A stretch of DNA of 52,931 nucleotides, from the NCBI GenBank assembly GCA_039935735.1, contig JBDTJR010000010.1, forward strand, positions 1-52,931, read 5' to 3'. Below, in pieces: positions 47,579-52,931 of the stretch (its first letter is position 1; each line of letters begins with the position of its first letter). Made by a program: the position numbers and the translations under genes. The notes under the pieces were generated by a model, which did no database searches, was not told the origin of the DNA, and worked only from the letters and a program-made list of their open reading frames with translations. The stretch is from Chthoniobacterales bacterium (lineage in GTDB: Bacteria > Verrucomicrobiota > Verrucomicrobiia > Chthoniobacterales > JBDTJR01).

Positions 47579-48336
47579 CAATGAGAAGGCTTCGTTTTAA
47601 GAAACTCTTCCAGACCGTTGTTGTAAATCTTTTCAATATCCGTAGCGGAGAGTGCGCGATCCATGAAAAGTCCAAAATCATCGACATAGCTTCCACGTGG
47701 AAGACTGTAAAATCCCTCAAGCCGAGCAGGCTCTTTTATTGCAGGAATGAAGGCAATCCCCACATCGCCACTTCCAGCCGGCAGACCATTTATATAATAA
47801 ACGATTTTTCCTTCGTCAAAGGTTACAGCCATGTGCACCCATTCATCTGCCAGCACACATAAAAACCGGTCCGAAAGTACGTAGTGATTTTGATTATTAC
47901 TGATGAAGGAAAGGGTTAAATAATTATAGGGTGTCTGAATATAACGAAGCAGAATAGTGCCATCTGGAGCGGGGTAGGTAATGCGGCTCAGAATGCCAAT
48001 CTCCTGTGAAGTAATAGAAGGGCGGATCCATGTCACCACACTCATCTTGTGGATAGCGCCACTCCACTCATTCGGAAGTGAAGTGAAACCGGCGGGATGT
48101 TGACGGATTTCGGCAGGATCACCCACAACTTCCATGCTTCCCTTGCCGAATTTATGCACCGAGGTGGTTTGACGCGTATCGGGATTAAAATGCATCACCT
48201 GTGTTGCGCCACCCGAGTTCGTTGGCAACGCTGGATCCACATTATCTTCAAAGAAGTAATAAAGGTTTGAATCCGCCGCGATGGCCATTGTGCCCACGAG
48301 AAGAAGAATCAGACAAAGATATGATGAGCGGATCAT
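47578..48336 (-). CDS. Secreted LamG (Laminin_G_3 / ConA-like) protein, paralog C
   Basis: Signal peptide. Blocks SNLYYFFEDNVDPALPTNSGGA, HKFGKGSM, HKMSVVTWIRP, WVHMAVTFDEGKIVYYINGLP, VDDFGLFMDRALSATDIEKIYNNGL. Confidence 0.8.
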   Translation of the reverse strand: MIRSSYLCLILLLVGTMAIAADSNLYYFFEDNVDPALPTNSGGATQVMHFNPDTRQTTSVHKFGKGSMEVVGDPAEIRQHPAGFTSLPNEWSGAIHKMSVVTWIRPSITSQEIGILSRITYPAPDGTILLRYIQTPYNYLTLSFISNNQNHYVLSDRFLCVLADEWVHMAVTFDEGKIVYYINGLPAGSGDVGIAFIPAIKEPARLEGFYSLPRGSYVDDFGLFMDRALSATDIEKIYNNGLEEFLKTKPSH

Positions 48337-48357
48337 GGGTGTATCGGATAAGAAGCC

Positions 48358-49128
48358 TTAGGAACCGGGAGAAGCTTTAAGAAAAGCCTTCAGGCCATTC
48401 GTATAGACGGCGTCCATTTCTTTTTCCGTAAGAGCGCGATCCATAAAAAATCCGACATCATCCACATAACTACCGGGCGCAAGCGTTGTGAACATGGAAA
48501 CAAAACTGTCAGGTTCCTGCATGGCGGGAATAAACTTCATGTCCGGCGCTTCTGAATGTCCAACCGGCAGACCATTTATATACATAACTGCCTTCCCCTC
48601 ATCAAAAGTCACCGCGAAGTGCAGCCATTCTCCCTGAAGGATACAATTTACTATCGGTCCCGTGATACCGATCCGCACACCCTGTCCCGCAGCGCCAAAG
48701 AAAAAGCATCGATAAGCAATGGAGTAGTCTATCCCAATATAGCCCGGTTTCAGACCAATCGGCACATTGCGAATGAGAATATGAAAGTCCTTGCCAGTAG
48801 CGGCGGGACAAATCCATGCAGTGATCGTCATTTTATGAATTTCACCACAGAAAGCTCCCGGCGCAGCTAAAAGCCCTCCGCGAAACCCTTTTCCCGGAGC
48901 ATCATTTTTCCCGATAAACATACTGCCCGTTCCAAACTTAAACTTTTTATCGGTCTGATGGGTTTTCCCGATATACTGCATGATCTCTGTAGATCCGTTG
49001 GAATTCGTCGGCACGGCAGGATCCTTATTATCGTCGAAGTAATAATAGATATTTGAACCTGCAAGCGCGACAGAGACCGTAAAATTAGCTGTCAGAGCAA
49101 GGAATAGAAAATATTTCAAAAAGCGCAT
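48358..49128 (-). CDS. Secreted LamG (Laminin_G_3 / ConA-like) protein, paralog D
   Basis: Signal peptide. Blocks SNIYYYFDDNKDPAVPTNS, FKFGTGSM, HKMTITAWICP, WLHFAVTFDEGKAVMYINGLP, VDDVGFFMDRALTEKEMDAVYTNGL. Confidence 0.8.
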   Translation of the reverse strand: MRFLKYFLFLALTANFTVSVALAGSNIYYYFDDNKDPAVPTNSNGSTEIMQYIGKTHQTDKKFKFGTGSMFIGKNDAPGKGFRGGLLAAPGAFCGEIHKMTITAWICPAATGKDFHILIRNVPIGLKPGYIGIDYSIAYRCFFFGAAGQGVRIGITGPIVNCILQGEWLHFAVTFDEGKAVMYINGLPVGHSEAPDMKFIPAMQEPDSFVSMFTTLAPGSYVDDVGFFMDRALTEKEMDAVYTNGLKAFLKASPGS

Positions 49129-49253
49129 GCTGGCAGCAAATGAATATTTGATCGTAGGCCCCTTTTAAAAGGATATTTTTAGAAGATTTTTAGGCTTCAC
49201 CATAGGAAAATAAGCAGCCTAAGACCGACAAGTTAGCCGGGCAGTAACGATTT

Positions 49254-50654
49254 TCATACTAAATCGAGAAAAGGAATTACGCCAAATGGTGCTGTGTTGA
49301 CACTGCTCAACTGGATAATTCCATTTTGAATTCTCACGGTGGGCCAGCCTTGATTACCCAACTGATAAAGATCCGGATGCGATTCCAATATTTGCTTTTG
49401 AATGACAGGAGAGCATGAAGAAAGCCCTGCAAAGTAATGGTGACCATTTCGTTCTACACTTTTATTTCCGAGTGCGGCTTGTACTGCGAGGTCTTGAAGC
49501 AATGCTACGGGACCTATATTGGACAGGTCCTCCCCGCTCATGATAAACGAAGTGGAAGAATTGGAATCGCTGCGTTTTTTAGCCAATAGACACGCATTGG
49601 CTATTCCGTGAAAAACGCCTTTACAGTTTTTGTGGCTCACTCCGGCATATCCCAACTCTAAAGCGCGAGGCAAAGAGGCAATCTCCGCATCGGACTCGTC
49701 GATAATAATGGGGGGCCGTTCTCGCCACGAGAGCATTGATTGCCCGACTTCCTCGCTTAATGCAAAATCACGATGAAAAGGCTGTTCGACAAACAGAAGT
49801 TTTTGCAGAAATTCGCGTAATCCTGAGTCCTCCTGAATAAGCGACCAAAAGTGACGAAATTGTCCGACATCAGAAAAGCTCTCGTTTCCATCGAGGCTAA
49901 TCTCAGGCACGACCCCGCATGACTCCATGACGGCACATATTTTTTGCAATCTCGCCATGCTCGCTTTGACATCCGAAGTGATTTTAATTTTTAGCTGACG
50001 AATGCCGTATTGGTAAACACAGGCTTCCAGGGATTGCGGTAATCCGTCATCCAATCTTTCGCTAGAAGGAATTTCCTTTTCAAAAAGAGGATCGGAAAGC
50101 CCGACAGTGTGGCGACAGAAAACTTCTTGAAGTGGAGCAACAGGCAGCCAGTCCGAGGGAGCGCTACCAGCCAACTCTGAATGCATTTCTTCCAGATTAA
50201 TTCGAAAAGCATTTTCCCGAAGAAGACGATGAAAAGGTTTTTTTTGACTCCGACAAAATGCGTCGATCAGCGCACGCTCGATGAGCGAAACCCCAAATTG
50301 ACATAGAAGAGGTGGCCATCCCTTCTCTCTGCCCCATGCGGCTTGCTTTTCATAGAGCGCTTTCCATAGGGAAAAAACGTCATTACCCTCCATTCCGCGA
50401 GCCAGTTCTGCGGCATGCTGAATAACCTCCAGCATATCGTCAATCTCCTCAATCGGGTCTCGATGCGGGTCTTTGGTAAACCATTTGGGAGGTAAGTGAT
50501 CCGCCGCGATGCCACGGCAGGAGATCTCATTGATTTCGCATTCCATCTCGACAAAAAGATGTGGCAGCTCTGTAAGTACTGCAATGCCGTATCGAAAAGG
50601 CATTCGCGTGCGAAGCTCCACCCGATGGAGAGAAATCTGTGCTATACGGATCAT
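49254..50654 (-). CDS. Enolase-superfamily enzyme (MLE / dipeptide-epimerase-like subgroup), unusually long at 466 aa
   Basis: Ordered catalytic set: K222-x-K224 (LKIKI, 49983-49991), D255 (SLDGNE), E290 (FVEQP), D319 (IIDESD), K342/K345 (SHKNCKG). Spacing is 35/29/23-26 residues, close to known MLE-subgroup members. Confidence 0.6.
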   Translation of the reverse strand: MIRIAQISLHRVELRTRMPFRYGIAVLTELPHLFVEMECEINEISCRGIAADHLPPKWFTKDPHRDPIEEIDDMLEVIQHAAELARGMEGNDVFSLWKALYEKQAAWGREKGWPPLLCQFGVSLIERALIDAFCRSQKKPFHRLLRENAFRINLEEMHSELAGSAPSDWLPVAPLQEVFCRHTVGLSDPLFEKEIPSSERLDDGLPQSLEACVYQYGIRQLKIKITSDVKASMARLQKICAVMESCGVVPEISLDGNESFSDVGQFRHFWSLIQEDSGLREFLQKLLFVEQPFHRDFALSEEVGQSMLSWRERPPIIIDESDAEIASLPRALELGYAGVSHKNCKGVFHGIANACLLAKKRSDSNSSTSFIMSGEDLSNIGPVALLQDLAVQAALGNKSVERNGHHYFAGLSSCSPVIQKQILESHPDLYQLGNQGWPTVRIQNGIIQLSSVNTAPFGVIPFLDLV

Positions 50655-50723
50655 TACAAGATGCGAGGACTAGCTTCAGAAGTGGCAAATTCGCTCATAG
50701 TCTTTATCTTAAGACATCTCGCG

Positions 50724-50767
50724 ACAAAATCCATGTCGCAATGTCATCGACATTGTCTTTTCCCACC
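50724..50767 (-). promoter_or_regulatory. Copy B of the bipartite island element, upstream of the enolase-superfamily gene
   Basis: The plus strand reads ACAAAATCCATGTCGCAA-N10-ATTGTCTTTTCCCACC. It lies in the 141-bp gap between the XylR-like regulator stop and the enolase-like start, 70 nt from the ATG. Confidence 0.55.
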
Positions 50768-50795
50768 CAGGAGAAATAGAAGTTTCAGGACTTTA

Positions 50796-51947
50796 TTAGA
50801 CGATGAGATGGCGAAATCGTGCACGATATTCTCCCGGAGTCGCCCCAACTTTTTCACGAAAGAGTTTTGTCATATAGGGAATACTTAGGAAGCCGCTTGC
50901 TTCGGCGATCTCGTAGAGCTTCATGGAGGTGGAATGCAAGAGGTGCTGGACGCGTTCTATCTTCAATAGCTGGATCACTTCGCCAATAGTGTAGCCAAGA
51001 CACTCGTGAAATCGACGCTCCAGCGTGCGACGAGACATGGGAACGTGTTTGAATATCTGCGGAAGGAGGGTGACTTCATTCAGGTGGGCGCGGATGAACT
51101 CGATGGCGCTGTTCACATGCTTATCGCGTGTCATGAGTGCGTTTGCGGATTCGCGCTGAATGACTCCACCGGGCGCGATGAGAATAGGACTTATCGGAGG
51201 AGCTTCACCCTCCAGCAAGCGCACCATTAATGCAGCCGCTTCATAACCGATACGCTCCGGCCTCGGCTCTATACTCGTAATACCGGGGTGCCGGGTCTTG
51301 CAGAAAAACTCATCATTCCCATAACCCACGATACCCACCTCCTTGCCAATTTCGATATCAAGTGCTTCGCAGGCATTGTAAACCTGATAGGCATCGCGGT
51401 CACTTACACAGAATATTCCCACCGGCTTCGGAAGATGGGCAATCCAGCGCTGCAGATTTTTCTGTTGTACAAGGTTGATCATCTCATCGAAGTTTTTCAT
51501 AGAATCGAGATGCATTGCGCATTTAAAACCCGCCTCAAGGATTCCTTTTTTAAAGCCGACGCGACGCAAGACATGCTGGTTTCCTTTAATGGAGCCGTAA
51601 CATCCGAAGTTATGAAACCTGCATTTCAGCAGATGCTCGGCAGCCATGCGACCACCAGTTTCGTTATCGCTGATCGCTGATGGCAAGCCAAGAGGCTTGA
51701 GCGCGCTGGACATATTCACTACAGGCACACCGTGAGAACGCACCGTGCGTATCAAAGAAAGCTTCGTCGCGAGAAAGATAATGCCTTTGAGGGTTTTTCG
51801 TGGATGAATGAAGGGTTCGCCAAAAGTGAGCGCCAGCTCGAAGTTCCTGCCATTTTCGGAAAAATAATCAATGATACCCTGATAGACCAACCGGGTAAAA
51901 CGACCATCGGGATCAAGGACAATATAAATGCACGGACGTTTCCGCAT
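50796..51947 (-). CDS. XylR-type regulator: periplasmic-binding-protein-like sugar sensor domain fused to an AraC-family HTH
   Basis: The N-terminal two-thirds have a LacI/PBP-type fold pattern (GIIFL, VPVVN, GIFCVSD, VGIVGYGND). The C-terminus PMSRRTLERRFHECLGYTIGE...GFLSIPYMTKLFREKVGATPGEYR is an AraC HTH. ATG 51947 is preferred over the track's TTG 51998. Confidence 0.85.
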   Translation of the reverse strand: MRKRPCIYIVLDPDGRFTRLVYQGIIDYFSENGRNFELALTFGEPFIHPRKTLKGIIFLATKLSLIRTVRSHGVPVVNMSSALKPLGLPSAISDNETGGRMAAEHLLKCRFHNFGCYGSIKGNQHVLRRVGFKKGILEAGFKCAMHLDSMKNFDEMINLVQQKNLQRWIAHLPKPVGIFCVSDRDAYQVYNACEALDIEIGKEVGIVGYGNDEFFCKTRHPGITSIEPRPERIGYEAAALMVRLLEGEAPPISPILIAPGGVIQRESANALMTRDKHVNSAIEFIRAHLNEVTLLPQIFKHVPMSRRTLERRFHECLGYTIGEVIQLLKIERVQHLLHSTSMKLYEIAEASGFLSIPYMTKLFREKVGATPGEYRARFRHLIV

Positions 51948-52104
51948 GCGCAGGAGACTAACGCAAAGACCCACAGACTTCAATAGCGCATAATTCAAAA
52001 AGGGCTAGTCTATTCGTGTCGCGCTAGAGAACTGGATTGTCGTTGCAGAGAATTGATGAAATTTCGCAGGTGCTGTAATTTCACGTAATCAATCACCCCT
52101 ATCT

Positions 52105-52931
52105 ATGAAAAAATCCCCTGTTACCTATTTAACGTTCATGGCCCTTGCTACCATGGCATTTCTCGGATCGACACATGCGGCAACGATTCAGGAATGGCTG
52201 TTTGATCAGACTCCGGTGGGTGCTGCTTTCGCAACAGTTAACGAAGTGCCAGGTGGCGCTACTCCGTTTCAGCAGCAGAATGTCACTAATACATATCTGA
52301 ATTTACAGGTACCAGGCGGCAAATTTCCACAGAGCACAGGCATGCTGGATCTGCATTTGGCCAAAAATTCCGCTTCGGGAACCGGCGGTATCGTGTGGTC
52401 TAGCATCACTCAGTTTACCATCGAGCTATGGGTGAATCCGGCGACCATGACGACCGGCACGAGCATGGATGTATTCAACTACGGCTCCCAGATCATGCGT
52501 CTGACCTCCACGGGATCGGGTTACAAATTAGCTGCTTACCTTTTCAATGGAGGCTTTATAGCCGCAACCAGCACAGCAACGAACATTCCTTCGAATACCT
52601 GGACGCAGATCGCGATGACTTGGAATGGCAGCACCTTGATAACCTATGAAAATGGAATACAGGATATCTCCGTGCCCACGGGTGTCACGACCCTTACAGG
52701 GAGTACCTCACTTTCCATCGGCGCATCTGGAACGGGAGGGCAAGGTCAATACTATGGATATATTGATGAGATGCGCGTAAGTAATGTCGCGCTGCTCCCA
52801 GGCACCGGCACGGGAGTCAATGAGCTGGCGTGGAATGCAAGTCTCGTGGCCGTTCCTGAACCCGGCACGACTGCGCTTCTACTGGGAGCGGGCGGGCTGA
52901 TGGCCTGGGTCGTGCGTCGCAAAAAACGCTA
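52105..52931 (+). CDS. LamG-domain protein with PEP-CTERM anchor (paralog F); stop codon cut by the window edge
   Basis: Absent from the supplied ORF track because no stop codon is reached. My translation is MKKSPVTYLTFMALATMAFLGSTHA...FTIELWVNP...WTQIAMTWNGSTLITYENG...YIDEMRVSNVAL...VPEPGTTALLLGAGGLMAWVVRRKKR, followed by 'ta'. VPEP lies at 52852-52863. Confidence 0.8.
   Translation, partial: MKKSPVTYLTFMALATMAFLGSTHAATIQEWLFDQTPVGAAFATVNEVPGGATPFQQQNVTNTYLNLQVPGGKFPQSTGMLDLHLAKNSASGTGGIVWSSITQFTIELWVNPATMTTGTSMDVFNYGSQIMRLTSTGSGYKLAAYLFNGGFIAATSTATNIPSNTWTQIAMTWNGSTLITYENGIQDISVPTGVTTLTGSTSLSIGASGTGGQGQYYGYIDEMRVSNVALLPGTGTGVNELAWNASLVAVPEPGTTALLLGAGGLMAWVVRRKKR

Noticed and set aside
46487-47862. 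Plus-strand ORFs 46487-47089 and 47569-47862 that share similar peptide strings
   Set aside because: Their similarity only mirrors the paralogy of the LamG genes on the opposite strand. They cross LamG gene boundaries and have no start or RBS context.
45905-49128. Idea that the LamG array is a diversity-generating retroelement target, or a phase-variable cassette system
   Set aside because: The window has no reverse transcriptase, no template/variable repeat pair and no invertase or inverted-repeat sites. B vs C differences involve all four bases and are spread along the genes, not adenine-specific or confined to one patch.
42075-50767. Reading the three-copy element as a sigma-54 (-24/-12) or ECF-type promoter
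   Set aside because: No GG lies 10 nt upstream of the TTGC block, so the sigma-54 spacing fails. The ECF-like CGT -10 would fall in the unconserved N10 spacer. An activator operator, possibly overlapping a -35, fits better.
1-52931. Search for tRNA/rRNA genes, CRISPR arrays, IS elements, integrases, toxin-antitoxin pairs or known phage-defence genes
   Set aside because: All intergenic gaps are 160 bp or shorter and none folds into a tRNA-like cloverleaf by eye. I saw no short direct-repeat/spacer arrays, no transposase, recombinase, nuclease or helicase-type ORFs, and no terminal inverted repeats flanking any block.

Overview
52.9-kb chromosomal window with no rRNA, tRNA, CRISPR, transposase or integrase. 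I call 45 protein-coding genes (one 5'-truncated, one 3'-truncated) and one decayed pseudogene. PEP-CTERM anchors, autotransporter-associated beta-strand repeat proteins, and many Gfo/Idh/MocA and xylose-isomerase-like TIM-barrel genes suggest a Verrucomicrobiota/PVC-type genome (inference only). Bases 1-23.6 kb are mostly housekeeping or envelope genes: a giant PEP-CTERM repeat protein, NPP phosphodiesterase plus CYTH, a compact kup-tag-ydeI-MBL-yhbY run, budA, hslO, an mbfA-like iron exporter, and a translationally coupled TPR / alpha-2-macroglobulin / pbpC operon. Bases 23.6-32.5 kb hold a glycosidase/aminotransferase pair, a decayed sialate O-acetylesterase and a small redox cluster with a Tat-signal Fe/Mn SOD. 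The most unusual part is 32.6-52.9 kb. It contains a 16-kb run of 15 co-directional minus-strand genes with two AraC-family regulators. Those genes mix an oversized enolase-superfamily enzyme, four tandem secreted LamG/ConA-like paralogs, Gfo/Idh/MocA, a TIM barrel, an M55 D-aminopeptidase, a PhyH dioxygenase, a GH42-like protein, RidA, a 3-hydroxyacyl-CoA dehydrogenase and an M19 dipeptidase. Two more LamG paralogs lie elsewhere in the window, giving six in total. The run is punctuated by three copies of a conserved bipartite intergenic element with fixed 21-bp register. I consider this LamG-expanded, AraC-wired island the best candidate for an undescribed system. All functional calls come from motif recognition by eye; no database search was run.
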